DNA from: Syntrophorhabdaceae bacterium
Lineage (GTDB): Bacteria > Desulfobacterota > Syntrophorhabdia > Syntrophorhabdales > Syntrophorhabdaceae
Direction of reading: 5' to 3'
NCBI GenBank assembly: GCA_963665295.1
Contig: OY762209.1
Coordinates: 160,001-224,000 of the forward strand
Length of the DNA stretch: 64,000 nt
Position numbers and translations under genes: made by a program. Position 1 is the stretch's first letter. The number at the start of each line of letters is the position of its first letter. This document shows positions 9,664 to 20,019 of this stretch, piece by piece. The notes beneath the pieces were generated by a model, which was given only the letters and a program-made list of their open reading frames with translations, was not told the origin of the DNA and ran no database searches.

Positions 9664-9726
9664 TTGACAATTCGTTGTTGTGTATTATATATAACGATTC
9701 AGCGTTATGATGATGTAGTTATAACG
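9664..9726 (+). promoter_or_regulatory. Promoter of the TonB-receptor operon with two tandem ModE-type boxes
   Basis: TTGACA 9664; CGTTGTTGT-N6-TATATAACG (9673-9696) and CGTTATGAT-N6-GTTATAACG (9703-9726). Confidence 0.75.
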
Positions 9727-9854
9727 GATACTGAAAACAGACCCGGACCGGCAGCAGGGGTTCGAGGGAGGAGCATTAGAGGGACAGGCGTTGAAAGCCC
9801 GTAAACATCGATAAGAACAGTCGCGACTGGAATTATAATCCAACGGAGGTTGAT

Positions 9855-12068
9855 ATGGGGAATCATCTATTGAGGGGAAGTCTTATTCTTATGTTCGCGA
9901 TGTTCTTAATGAATGGAGCCGGTCCCGGCCTTTGCGCCGAAGGGGGCGGGGGAAATGATCCGGGAAAGCAGAGTCCGAAGGCGGCAGCGAAACTGAAGGC
10001 GGGAGAGACCGCAAAGGCCGGGACCGAAGCGCGGGATCCCAACGTCTTCACCCTCGGCGTGATCGAGGTCAAGGACAGCAGGGAAGTCAACAGGTTCGTG
10101 ACGAGCGACAAAGTGAGTGACGAGGAGATGAGGGAGTTCAGTACAAACAGGTTGCCCGACGCCTTGAACCTGCTCCCCGGAGTGACCATGAGCCAGATAG
10201 GACAGAGAAATGAAAGGACCATCTACGTGCGTGGCTTCAACACGGCGCGGGTGCCCGTGTTTATGGACGGCATTCCCGTATATATGCCTTACGACAGAAC
10301 CTTCGATTTCAACCGGTTCAGCACCTTCGACCTGTCGGAAATCATAGTAACCAAGGGGTTCACGTCGGTCCTTTATGGCCCCAATACCATGGGCGGCGCC
10401 ATAAACATGGTCTCCCGGAAGCCCGTGAAGGCCTTCGAAGGTAACGCGGGGGCGCAATACGGGTCGGGCAACAGCTATTTCGGGTACGCGAACCTGGGCA
10501 GCAAACACCGGAACTGGTACCTCCAGGGGGGCGTCTCCTACATGGCCCAGACCTATTTCCCCGTGTCCGGTGATTTTAACGCCACCAAAAATCAAACCGG
10601 CCTCGGCCGCACCCATTCCGATTCCCAGGATTCGAGGATAAGCCTAAAACTGGGCCTCACCCCCTGGGACGGCCACGAGTATGTCCTTGGATGGATAAAG
10701 CAGGAGGGCAGCAAAGGGGGACCGCCGGACGCGAGGGTGTCGTCCACCACCAACAACAACTACATCTCCACCCAGCGGTGGCTGTGGCCCAGATGGGACA
10801 AGGACAGCTATTTTCTGACGACCCACACGCCCATCGGTGAAAAAAACTACGCCAAGACAAGACTCTATTACGACAAGTTCACCAACTGGCTCGACTATTT
10901 CACTCCCAACAACAACGCCTATGCCCAGTACTACAACTCATTCGGCCAGAGAAGTTACTATGACGACTACACCATAGGCGGAGCCCTCGAGATGGGCACC
11001 AAACTCATTCCCTGGAATGATATCAAGGCGTCCTTCCACTACAAGCGGGACAGCCACAGTGAAAAGAACGCGATCAACAACATATATACGAACAAGAAGC
11101 CGGTCTACGTCGGGATGCCATGGGTGCCGGACGACGACGTCACCACGTCCGTGGGGCTCCAGGACACGATCGACTTCACAAAAAAGTTCTACGCCATCGC
11201 GGGAATCAGCTACGACCGACTGGATGCGCTGCGCGCCAAAAAGTGGGTCAACACCTATAACGCCACCGGCACCACGGGATACGTGGGGTGGCAATCTTTT
11301 AACACCGACGCCGTCAGCAAGGTAAGTCCTCAGTTGGGTCTCTTCTACCGGACTTCCGAAACGGGCATAATCCATGCCACGGCCGAGCAGAAGATGAGGT
11401 TCCCCACCATGAAGGAGCGGTACAGCTGGAGCTTTGGGAAGTCGATCGATAACCCGGCCCTCAAGCCGGAAACGTCGGTAAACTACGAACTGGGATACGA
11501 GGAACTTTTCCTCAAGAAAAAGATACGCTTCAAAACCGCGGTCTTCCGCAACGACATAGCCGACGCCATCCAGCAGGTTATCACCACCAACCCCTACTAT
11601 GGGCAGACCGGGTGGACCAACCCTACGGTCAACCAGAATCAGAACGTCGGGCGGGTGCAGCAGTATGGCCTTGAACTCCAGAGTGACGTAGCGATCACGG
11701 ATAACCTGGACGGCGGGCTTAATTACACCTATCTCAACAGGGAAAGTCTGAAGACTTCAGGGGCCTACGTGAGGCTCACCGATGTGCCGGCCCACAAGGT
11801 ATTCACCTACATGAAATACAAGACGCCCCTGCGCGGCATGAGCGTGCTCGGCAGCTTTGAATACGGTTCCAACCGAAGCAACGACACCTCCGGCATATAC
11901 AACACGGGTCCCGCGGCCATCGCCAACGCGAAGGTCATGTATGAGGTCATCAAGGACCTCATCGTGGAGGGCGGCGTGAACAATCTCCTCGACCGCAATT
12001 ATCAATACTCGACCGGGTTTCCGGAGCCGGGAAGGACCCTGTTCGCGGGTGTGCGGTGCAGGTTCTAG
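9855..12068 (+). CDS. TonB-dependent outer membrane receptor
   Basis: Signal peptide, plug (LPGV..IYVRGF..DGIP, SVLYGPNTMGGAINMV), NPALKPE, NLLDRNY..PGRT, terminal Phe. Confidence 0.95.
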   Translation: MGNHLLRGSLILMFAMFLMNGAGPGLCAEGGGGNDPGKQSPKAAAKLKAGETAKAGTEARDPNVFTLGVIEVKDSREVNRFVTSDKVSDEEMREFSTNRLPDALNLLPGVTMSQIGQRNERTIYVRGFNTARVPVFMDGIPVYMPYDRTFDFNRFSTFDLSEIIVTKGFTSVLYGPNTMGGAINMVSRKPVKAFEGNAGAQYGSGNSYFGYANLGSKHRNWYLQGGVSYMAQTYFPVSGDFNATKNQTGLGRTHSDSQDSRISLKLGLTPWDGHEYVLGWIKQEGSKGGPPDARVSSTTNNNYISTQRWLWPRWDKDSYFLTTHTPIGEKNYAKTRLYYDKFTNWLDYFTPNNNAYAQYYNSFGQRSYYDDYTIGGALEMGTKLIPWNDIKASFHYKRDSHSEKNAINNIYTNKKPVYVGMPWVPDDDVTTSVGLQDTIDFTKKFYAIAGISYDRLDALRAKKWVNTYNATGTTGYVGWQSFNTDAVSKVSPQLGLFYRTSETGIIHATAEQKMRFPTMKERYSWSFGKSIDNPALKPETSVNYELGYEELFLKKKIRFKTAVFRNDIADAIQQVITTNPYYGQTGWTNPTVNQNQNVGRVQQYGLELQSDVAITDNLDGGLNYTYLNRESLKTSGAYVRLTDVPAHKVFTYMKYKTPLRGMSVLGSFEYGSNRSNDTSGIYNTGPAAIANAKVMYEVIKDLIVEGGVNNLLDRNYQYSTGFPEPGRTLFAGVRCRF

Positions 12069-12078
12069 GCAGGACAGA

Positions 12079-12903
12079 GTGATACTCAACGAAACAACCG
12101 ACATAGTCAGGCGCATCTACCGCGGAGGACTCGCCAACATAACCGTCGAAAGACTGGTGGTGGGCGTTTTCTTCGCGGGCGTGAGACTGTCGAATGGATG
12201 TGGGGGCATATCCTACACCCCCACATCCGAGATACACCGGCGGCATCGCACCGCCTGTCCGCGTCAGGAAGCGACGCCTCCCCGTCTCAAAGGGACGCCC
12301 GTTTCCCACGTCCTCAACTCCGCAGATGACAGTCCCCTCTTCAGCACGGTGAAGATCGCCGTGCTGAACGCCCTGTCGGAACCCCTCATTTCCCGAGGCA
12401 GGTACAAGTGGATCGACGACCGCGACGCCCTTGACATGATAGAGCCCGAATCCATGGGTGCAGTCGGCATGGTCGGCGCTTTCGGCCCCTTCCTCGCGAG
12501 GTTCAGGGAGACGGACGTCCATGACATTCGCGTCATTGAAATGCGAAAAGACAACCTCAGTAATGAAGACAAGAAGTTGTATGTCCCTTCCCGTCACGCC
12601 GGAAGGGTGCTCCCCCATTGCGATACGGTGATAATCACCGGAGCTTCCATCGCCAACGGCACCATAGACCGCCTCCTGGACTTCGTGAGGCCCGGGGCTA
12701 CGGTTGTCGTAGTGGGGCCCACGGCAAGTTTCCTGCCCGACGCCCTCTTCGACAGGCATGTCAACGTGGTATGCGGCGTCAGGGTCACGAACCCGGACAA
12801 AGCGATCGACATGATTTCGGAAGGGCTTGCCGCGTACCACCTCTTTCACGACTGTATGAGGAAGGTCAGTCTTCTCAGACCGGACAAGGAGCAAATGCCA
12901 TGA
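12079..12903 (+). CDS. DUF364 (Rossmann-like, putative heavy-metal chelation) protein
   Basis: AVLNALS, VGMVGAF, ITGASIANGTI, VGPTAS; GTG 12079 just after the receptor stop. Confidence 0.85.
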   Translation: MILNETTDIVRRIYRGGLANITVERLVVGVFFAGVRLSNGCGGISYTPTSEIHRRHRTACPRQEATPPRLKGTPVSHVLNSADDSPLFSTVKIAVLNALSEPLISRGRYKWIDDRDALDMIEPESMGAVGMVGAFGPFLARFRETDVHDIRVIEMRKDNLSNEDKKLYVPSRHAGRVLPHCDTVIITGASIANGTIDRLLDFVRPGATVVVVGPTASFLPDALFDRHVNVVCGVRVTNPDKAIDMISEGLAAYHLFHDCMRKVSLLRPDKEQMP

Positions 12904-13769
12904 ACGCCATCCGTGGACCCGTTTTCACCTCTCGCATGAAAGAGGTCATGGTTTCCGTGTTGATCCACGGAGCCCTCATATCCCTCGTCCTCGCCCTCGC
13001 AGGCCACTACGCCCATCGCCCCTCCGACCTCACCACGATCCTCCTTAACATGGACAGCGTAAAACCCCGTCCCTCGGACAGGCCGGGAGGCGACGGGAGG
13101 AAAGCCGGCTCCGAAGGCACGGATAAAAAGGCCGCGAAGGGCGTACCCAAAACAGCGTTGAGCCGGACCCCGAGCCCGGTCAAAAACCAGACGCCTCCGG
13201 CCCAGGATTCAGGAAAAGGTGTCACCCCACGGGAGAACCACCTCCACGCAAGTAGTCCGGCGGACACCTCGACGGCAACGAACCTGCCGGGGGCTACCTC
13301 TCTTGCGGCCGACAGCGGCGAATACCACGGATTAGCGGGCAACGGAGAAGGTCTTGGCGGAGGAGGCGGCAAAGGACTCGGCGCTTACGGCGCGGGCTCA
13401 GGGTTCGGGGGGACCGGCCGGGGCGGCATGGGCGGAGGCCGCGGTGAGGGCAGGGGCAGCGGCAGTCCGAAGCAGGCGGACGTTGACCTCTATCTCAAAG
13501 AGCATTACGCCTACATCCGCGACCTGATCATGAGGCATCTCGTCTATCCGCCGAAGGCGAAGAAGATGGGATGGGAAGGCAAGGTGACGGTGGCCTTTAC
13601 CATTTCGGAAACGGGCATGGCAAGCGCACTTCGGGTGGTGGCGGGTTCCGGCCATCAGATCCTCGATGAGAACGTGATGGATACCATTAAGGAGGTGCAG
13701 CCTTTTCCCAGACCCCCTGCGCCTGCTCCCCTTAAAATCCCCATCACCTACCGGCTCGACAACACATGA
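12900..13769 (+). CDS. tonB: Energy transducer TonB
   Basis: SVLIHG TM anchor; C-terminal YPPKAKKMGWEGKVTVAFTI...SGHQILD; ATGA overlap with DUF364 gene. Confidence 0.9.
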   Translation: MNAIRGPVFTSRMKEVMVSVLIHGALISLVLALAGHYAHRPSDLTTILLNMDSVKPRPSDRPGGDGRKAGSEGTDKKAAKGVPKTALSRTPSPVKNQTPPAQDSGKGVTPRENHLHASSPADTSTATNLPGATSLAADSGEYHGLAGNGEGLGGGGGKGLGAYGAGSGFGGTGRGGMGGGRGEGRGSGSPKQADVDLYLKEHYAYIRDLIMRHLVYPPKAKKMGWEGKVTVAFTISETGMASALRVVAGSGHQILDENVMDTIKEVQPFPRPPAPAPLKIPITYRLDNT

Positions 13770-13808
13770 CACCATGGATTACCAAATCAGCGTACAGGGA
13801 GGCAACAC

Positions 13809-14405
13809 ATGAGCGAAGACCATTTTGATCTGCAAAGACTTTTGAACGAAGCAAAGGAGTTCCACGGAGATCTCTGCGCGGGGATTACCCTCGGGACGAG
13901 GATGTCCATACTCGGGCTCAAGGCGATCGGGATAGAGGACCCGAAAGGAAAGGACCGCAAGAACCTCGTTGTTTACGTGGAGACCGACAGGTGTGCGAGC
14001 GACGCAATCCTGGCGGTAACGGGCTGCCACCCCGGTAAGAGGAGCATGAAGATACTTGACTTCGGCAAAATGGCGGCCACCTTCATAAACCTTCAAACGG
14101 GCAAGGCGGTAAGGGTGGTGGTCAAAGACAAGGATGGAGGAAAAGAGTACACCCCGGAGATGGTGGAAAAGGAACCTCACACCGAGGCCTATGCCATGGC
14201 TCCCGCCGAGGACCTCTTCGAGGTGGCCGAAGTAGAGGTAGACCTGAAACCGGAGGATATGCCGGGAAAACCGCTCAGGATTGTCACCTGCGCGTCCTGC
14301 GGGGAGCGGGTCATGGATATGAGGGAAGTGAGAAAAGGCGGGGAATCCTTTTGCAGGCCCTGCGCGGAGAATAAATTCTACTATAGAGTCAAGAACAGGG
14401 CATGA
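13809..14405 (+). CDS. FmdE-family protein with C-terminal Zn finger
   Basis: FHGDLCAG, ETDRCASDA, GKMAATF, CASCGE...CRPC. Confidence 0.88.
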   Translation: MSEDHFDLQRLLNEAKEFHGDLCAGITLGTRMSILGLKAIGIEDPKGKDRKNLVVYVETDRCASDAILAVTGCHPGKRSMKILDFGKMAATFINLQTGKAVRVVVKDKDGGKEYTPEMVEKEPHTEAYAMAPAEDLFEVAEVEVDLKPEDMPGKPLRIVTCASCGERVMDMREVRKGGESFCRPCAENKFYYRVKNRA

Positions 14406-15271
14406 AGAGGGGGGCAAAGGCGATGCACGGATGCGAAGCGATGAACACGGATGTGGCAGGGATAGACTGGAGCGAAGCATGGAAGGAAGCAAAGGCGAAG
14501 AGAACCGTCGGCACCAGAGACAACAAGTTTTGGGACAGGAGGGCTCCGTCGTTTTCGAAACACGCGTCGCAGACGGTCTATCCGGAAGCCTTCCTCAATA
14601 TCATGAACCCCGAGCCTCACTGGACCATTCTTGATATGGCATGCGGAGGAGGCACCCTCGCCATACCCCTTGCGGCAAAGGTGGGTGAGGTGACGGCAGT
14701 TGACTTTTCAGAGAGGATGCTCGATATGGTCACGCAAAAATGCCGCGATGAAAACATTACGAACGTGAAAACCATCAACGGGAGTTGGGAAGATGATTGG
14801 CCCACCCGCGGCATCGGGACGTACGACGTGTCCATTGCCTCCCGGTCTCTTGTGGTGGATGATCTCCGGGCTGCCATCCTCAAGTTGGACGGGGCTGCCC
14901 GGGAGCGTGTCTATATTTCGACCATAGTGGGCGACGGCCCCTACGACCGGCGTATGTTCGACGCCCTGGGCAGGCCCCTCTACATGGGGCCTGACTACAT
15001 CTATAACTACAACCTCCTCTACCAGATGGGCATCCACGCCAGGTTGACCTTCATCGAAGAGACTGCTAACGGGACTTTCGAGAGCCTCGAGGACGCCCTC
15101 AACTCCGTCCATTGGATGCTGGACCACATGACCCCCGAGGAGGAGGAGACCCTCACCCATTATCTCGCAAAACATCTCACACCAACTAACGGCGCCTGGA
15201 AACTGGACTACGACAGGACCATCCGGTGGGCGGTTATGTGGTGGGACAAGAAGACAGGGGGCGCGCGGTGA
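14402..15271 (+). CDS. Class I SAM-dependent methyltransferase
   Basis: ILDMACGGGTL, AVDFSERML. Confidence 0.9.
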   Translation: MKRGAKAMHGCEAMNTDVAGIDWSEAWKEAKAKRTVGTRDNKFWDRRAPSFSKHASQTVYPEAFLNIMNPEPHWTILDMACGGGTLAIPLAAKVGEVTAVDFSERMLDMVTQKCRDENITNVKTINGSWEDDWPTRGIGTYDVSIASRSLVVDDLRAAILKLDGAARERVYISTIVGDGPYDRRMFDALGRPLYMGPDYIYNYNLLYQMGIHARLTFIEETANGTFESLEDALNSVHWMLDHMTPEEEETLTHYLAKHLTPTNGAWKLDYDRTIRWAVMWWDKKTGGAR

Positions 15272-16350
15272 GGCGGCGTATCGCCATGCCCCCAGGAAAA
15301 AGGCCGATTGTCGCCACGCGCGGCGCGGGCCTTACAGCCCTGGTCGCCCTTCTCTTCATCGTCCTCTTCATGACTACGGTTCACGCGAGAGAGATCGTGG
15401 ATATGAGGGGACGGAAGGTTACTATTCCCGATAAGATTACACGGGTATATTCGAGCTCCCCTCCCGTGACGTTCATGATCGCCGCAGTTGACCCCACGCT
15501 CCTCGTGGGGCTCAACTTCGCCCTTACGGAAGGATCGAAACCGTATATGCCCCAGTCAATGCGCACGTTGCCCGTGCTGGGCGGATTTTACGGAAGAGGA
15601 CAGACTGCCAATATCGAGATGATATTGAAAGCGAAGCCCGACGTGATCATCACGGGCGGATTCAAAAACACGCCCATGAATGACAAATATGAGGAGTCCA
15701 TCAAGGGCCTCGGTATTCCCGTCGTCTACACGACATTCGAAACACTTCCCGAGTATTCGGACGCCTTTCTGTTTCTCGGAAAGGTCCTGAAACGGGAGGA
15801 GCGGGCAAAGACGCTTGCCCGGTACGGAAGAGATACCCTTCGGGACATCAGGACCCGGGTGAACGCCATTCCCTCCAACAGGAGACCCACAGTCTACTAC
15901 GCGGAGGACATGGACGGCCTTGCTACGGAATGTACCGGCTCCCCCCACGCGGAGCTTATCGAACTGGCGGGAGCCAGGAATGTGGCCCGTTGCACGCCCA
16001 GGGACCAGATGGGCATGGAGACCATAAGTCTGGAAAAGGTCATATATTACGACCCGGAGGTCATCATAGTGAAGGAACGGACGTTCTATGACAAGATATT
16101 TACCGACCCCGGCTGGAAACGGATAAAGGCGGTGAAGACGAAACGGGTCTATCTCATACCCTCCCTACCCTTCAACTGGTTCGACCGTCCTCCTTCCTTC
16201 ATGCGCTATATGGGAATTCAGTGGCTTATGGGTTGTCTCTATCCCGGCGAATACCGCAAGGACACGGTGAAGGAGGCTCAAAGCTTCTACCGGCTCTTTC
16301 TGGGGGTCAATCCCACCGATGCCCGGATGCGCGCGGTGATTACCCCATGA
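15268..16350 (+). CDS. ABC substrate-binding protein, FecB/BtuF (metal-chelate) class
   Basis: DMRGRKVTIP, NIEMILKAKPDVI, AVKTKRVY, PFNWFDRPPS; start assumed at the GTGA overlap. Confidence 0.9.
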   Translation: MRRRIAMPPGKRPIVATRGAGLTALVALLFIVLFMTTVHAREIVDMRGRKVTIPDKITRVYSSSPPVTFMIAAVDPTLLVGLNFALTEGSKPYMPQSMRTLPVLGGFYGRGQTANIEMILKAKPDVIITGGFKNTPMNDKYEESIKGLGIPVVYTTFETLPEYSDAFLFLGKVLKREERAKTLARYGRDTLRDIRTRVNAIPSNRRPTVYYAEDMDGLATECTGSPHAELIELAGARNVARCTPRDQMGMETISLEKVIYYDPEVIIVKERTFYDKIFTDPGWKRIKAVKTKRVYLIPSLPFNWFDRPPSFMRYMGIQWLMGCLYPGEYRKDTVKEAQSFYRLFLGVNPTDARMRAVITP

Positions 16351-17360
16351 AGCGCTTCGGTCTTTTTCCTCTCCTCGCGGGACTCCTCGCGCTGACCGCC
16401 GTCTCGTCTCTCGCCCTCGGCAGATATCCCCTTCCCGTGGGCGATGTGGTGGGCCTGCTCCTTTCCAAGGGACTCCACTGGGGTCAGACGAACCCGGCAA
16501 TGAGCGGGATGTTCGAGAATCTTGTCATGGATATCCGCATGCCGAGGATTCTCGCCGCCCTCCTCATCGGGGCTTCGCTCTCGGTTTCGGGCGCATCCTT
16601 TCAGGCCATGTTTCTCAATCCCCTCGTCTCTCCCGGGCTCCTGGGCGTCCTGGCCGGGGCTGCTTTCGGCGCTGCCTTGGGCATGGTCCTTTCCAAGAGT
16701 TGGATCGTGGTTCAGGGCATGTCCCTCGCCTTCGGCTTTGTCGCAGTCATCCTGTCCCTCGGCATCGCGAAGGTGCACAAGGGCAATACCCTGCTCCTCC
16801 TCGTTCTCGGCGGGGTGATCAGCACCGCTCTCTTCACATCTCTCCTGTCCGTCATCAAGTATGTGGCCGACCCTTACAACCAGTTGCCGGAAATCGTGCG
16901 CTGGCTCATGGGCGGGCTCTCTTTCGTGGACAGGAAAGTACTCTATGCCACGGCCATACCGCAAGCCCTCGCCATATGTGCCATCGCCCTCCTCTCAGGG
17001 TATCTGAACGCCCTTTCCATGGGCGACGAGGAGGCAAGGTCCCTGGGCGTACCCGTGAAATGGATACGTATCCTCCTTATCTTCCTTGCCACCTTCATAA
17101 GCAGCATGACCGTGGTCCTTGCGGGCATGATCCTCTGGGTGGGCCTCATCATCCCCCATATCACGCGCATGCTCGTGGGACCCGACAACAGGGTGCTCAT
17201 ACCCGCGAGCGCCTTGATCGGCGCCATCTACCTTATCGTGGTCGACGACCTGTCGCGCATGGCCTTCAGCGTGGAAATACCCATCGGCATCAGCACGTCC
17301 CTTGTGGGCATAACCTTCTTTGCAGTGATATTGAGAAAAGCGAGGAGAGGATGGAATTGA
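16347..17360 (+). CDS. FecCD/BtuC-family ABC permease
   Basis: IRMPRI, NPLVSPGLLGV, GDEEARSLG, VGLIIPH. Confidence 0.92.
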   Translation: MKRFGLFPLLAGLLALTAVSSLALGRYPLPVGDVVGLLLSKGLHWGQTNPAMSGMFENLVMDIRMPRILAALLIGASLSVSGASFQAMFLNPLVSPGLLGVLAGAAFGAALGMVLSKSWIVVQGMSLAFGFVAVILSLGIAKVHKGNTLLLLVLGGVISTALFTSLLSVIKYVADPYNQLPEIVRWLMGGLSFVDRKVLYATAIPQALAICAIALLSGYLNALSMGDEEARSLGVPVKWIRILLIFLATFISSMTVVLAGMILWVGLIIPHITRMLVGPDNRVLIPASALIGAIYLIVVDDLSRMAFSVEIPIGISTSLVGITFFAVILRKARRGWN

Positions 17361-18196
17361 TACCCCGCATCAGAGTGGAAAACGTGCTTTTCGGGTATAC
17401 GGAGAAACCTGTACTGAAAGAGGTAAGCCTCGACATTTTTCCGGGAGAAATCGTCATCCTCCTTGGCCCGAACGGCAGCGGCAAGAGTACGCTCCTGAAG
17501 AGCATGGTGGGCCTTCTCCGTCCGAAGGAGGGAACTGTTTCCCTGAACGGGAAGAACGTCGCCCACATAGGCTCCAAGGCCCTCGCCCGTGAAATCGCCT
17601 ATGTGCCCCAGATCCACAAAAATTCCTTCCCTTACCAGGTGATCGACGTGGTGCTCATGGGCAGAATCCCCCATAAACCCTTCTTCTTCAGGTACACCAG
17701 GGAAGATATCCGCATCGCGGAAAAGGTACTTCAAAGACTCTCCATCGAGCATCTCGCCGCCAGATCATACACGGACATCAGCGGTGGAGAGCGGCAGCTC
17801 ACCCTTATTGCGCGGGCCCTTACTCAGGAGGCAAGGACGTTCATTATGGATGAACCGGCAACGGGTCTCGATTACGGAAATCAGCTAAGGCTTCTCGAAC
17901 AGATAGTCGCCCTCTCCAAAGAGGGGTACACCTTCGTCACGTCAACCCATGCCCCGGAGCACGCGCTCTGGATCGCAGACCGGGTGATCATGATAAAGGG
18001 GGGCTCAATTCTCGCGGACGGAGACGCCGATGAGGTGGTGAACAGCCGGAATCTCGATCGCCTCTACAAGACAAAGGTGGACGTAGTAAACGTGAACGAC
18101 TCCTTCAGGGTGTGCATCCCCGGGGCTCTTCAAGGCGGTCCTTTGAAGAATGAGCCGGGCGTGGACGGTAGAGAGGCGGTGGGGAGTAATCAATGA
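17351..18196 (+). CDS. ABC ATP-binding protein, FecE/BtuD class
   Basis: GPNGSGKST, ISGGERQ, MDEP. Confidence 0.93.
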   Translation: MELIPRIRVENVLFGYTEKPVLKEVSLDIFPGEIVILLGPNGSGKSTLLKSMVGLLRPKEGTVSLNGKNVAHIGSKALAREIAYVPQIHKNSFPYQVIDVVLMGRIPHKPFFFRYTREDIRIAEKVLQRLSIEHLAARSYTDISGGERQLTLIARALTQEARTFIMDEPATGLDYGNQLRLLEQIVALSKEGYTFVTSTHAPEHALWIADRVIMIKGGSILADGDADEVVNSRNLDRLYKTKVDVVNVNDSFRVCIPGALQGGPLKNEPGVDGREAVGSNQ

Positions 18197-18243
18197 AGCG
18201 TGAAGAGCAATGCCGCTATGTCGGCGATAGACGATAGAAGGAG

Positions 18244-20004
18244 ATGGAGATTATGAAGAAAGGGCTTTTATTATTCTGCGCGGGACTCACCCTCTCGTGG
18301 ATACTCGGGGTTGCCCCCTCGATGGCTCTCACCATAGGCGGCCTCGTGAAGCAGCCCCTCAACCTGAGCGCGACAGACCTCGCAAAGCTGGAAAGCGCTG
18401 TCGTGAGGCTGAACGAGGTCACCCGCGATAACCGGTTCCTGGGCGCCTTCACATACCGCGGGGTCCCGCTCAGGACGCTGCTCGGGCTCGCCTTCGTACA
18501 GAAGGAGGAGTCCTCTTTTCCCAAACCCCTTGACCTTGCGGTAATCGTCCGCAACAAGGAAGGGAAGACCGCGGTACTCTCGTGGGGTGAGATATTCCAT
18601 CGCAATGCCGCCGACATACTGATCGCCTTTTCGTCCGAGCCGGTGATGCCCGGACACATGAAGAGTTGCGGCGCCTGCCATGGGGCAAAGACATATCAGC
18701 CCGCCATCGACCAATTGACCCGGAAGGTCGGATTGCCCAAACTCGTGGTGGCCACTGATTTCTTTGCCGACCGCAGCATCGAGGACGTGGTCCATATCGA
18801 GGTTGTTGAACCAAAACCGGCGGCGGACAAGAAACAGACGAAGCCGCCCCTGTTCTCACCGGCTATCATTGTTTCCGGTCCATCGGGCAAATCCGTGGAA
18901 GTGAAGGATCTCGCCGGTTATCCCAGGACGGAGACCGCGGTCAAAGAGGTGAGTGACGGGATGGGTTACCATGGCGTAAAACCCATGAGCGGCGCGCCCC
19001 TCAAAGACATCCTCACCAAAACGGGTATGGGGCTGGATGCCGACACGGCAGTCCTCGCGTCCTCCGCGGACAACTACAGGGTGCTCATATCCTACGGTGA
19101 ACTTTTCCTGAACCCCGGTGGAGACAGAATAATGGTAGCCGACAGCGCCGGAGGAGCGCCTCTCAAGGAGGGGAAATTCGCCCTCGTCTTTCCCGACGAC
19201 CTCGCGTACGACCGCACCGCAAGGGCGCTCCACAAGATCGAGGTGGTCTCTCTGAAGGACAAGGCGAGACTATTCGTGATCGGTGTAGGCTCGGGCGATA
19301 CGAACCTTCTCACCCTGGAGGCGATTTCCTTTATGGGCAAGGCGGACGTGTTCGTCGCCTCGGAAGATATAAGAAAGCGTTATTCCAAATACATGGGCGA
19401 CAAACCGGTGCTCTTCGATCCTTTCGCAAGCATGAAACACCCGGACAAGGAGAAACCCGGCTCTCCCACCGGGGCGGCAAAGGAGGCCCTTGCCATGGAA
19501 CGGGCGCAAAACAATCGCCTCATCGAGGACGCCCTGAAGCAGGGCAGGAACGTTGCCGTCCTCGAATACGGCGACCCCACGATCTACCCGCCGTGGCATC
19601 GCTGGATGGAGGATGCCCTCAAAGCACGGGTAGAGACAATAGTGCCGGGTCTGAGCGCCTTCAACGCGTCCAATGCCATGATCGCGAAGAACCTCGCGTG
19701 TAAAGGCGGCTCCCTGGTGCTCAGTTCGCCCTGGGCCCTCGCACAAAATGAAGAGATGGTGAAGGCCGCCCACTCCCGGGGAGATACGGTTGCCGTGTTC
19801 ATGGGAGTAAGGGAACTTGCATCTCTTGCGCCGGTCCTGCTCCGGCACTATCCCCCGTCAACACCCCTCACCATTGTATACCGGGCCGGTTACTCCGCGG
19901 GCGGGCACGTAGTGAAGACCACCCTGGGGGATGCCATCGCAACAGCCTCCAGGGACATGGAAAAGCACCTCGCCATGGTCTACATAGGCCCGTGCCTCCG
20001 GTAA
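18244..20004 (+). CDS. Secreted fusion: molybdopterin-oxidoreductase-like repeats with CxxCH plus C-terminal tetrapyrrole methylase domain
   Basis: Signal peptide; two similar units (YRGVPLRTLL..LSWGEI and SGAPLKDIL..ISYGEL); CGACH; IGVGSGDTNLLTLEA, GDPTIY, VPGLSAF. Confidence 0.75.
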   Translation: MEIMKKGLLLFCAGLTLSWILGVAPSMALTIGGLVKQPLNLSATDLAKLESAVVRLNEVTRDNRFLGAFTYRGVPLRTLLGLAFVQKEESSFPKPLDLAVIVRNKEGKTAVLSWGEIFHRNAADILIAFSSEPVMPGHMKSCGACHGAKTYQPAIDQLTRKVGLPKLVVATDFFADRSIEDVVHIEVVEPKPAADKKQTKPPLFSPAIIVSGPSGKSVEVKDLAGYPRTETAVKEVSDGMGYHGVKPMSGAPLKDILTKTGMGLDADTAVLASSADNYRVLISYGELFLNPGGDRIMVADSAGGAPLKEGKFALVFPDDLAYDRTARALHKIEVVSLKDKARLFVIGVGSGDTNLLTLEAISFMGKADVFVASEDIRKRYSKYMGDKPVLFDPFASMKHPDKEKPGSPTGAAKEALAMERAQNNRLIEDALKQGRNVAVLEYGDPTIYPPWHRWMEDALKARVETIVPGLSAFNASNAMIAKNLACKGGSLVLSSPWALAQNEEMVKAAHSRGDTVAVFMGVRELASLAPVLLRHYPPSTPLTIVYRAGYSAGGHVVKTTLGDAIATASRDMEKHLAMVYIGPCLR

Positions 20005-20019
20005 TGGAGGCCGGGTACC

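Noticed and set aside
9727..9854. Cobalamin or Moco riboswitch before the TonB receptor
   Set aside because: I could not recognise the conserved cores by eye; an Infernal/Rfam scan would be needed.
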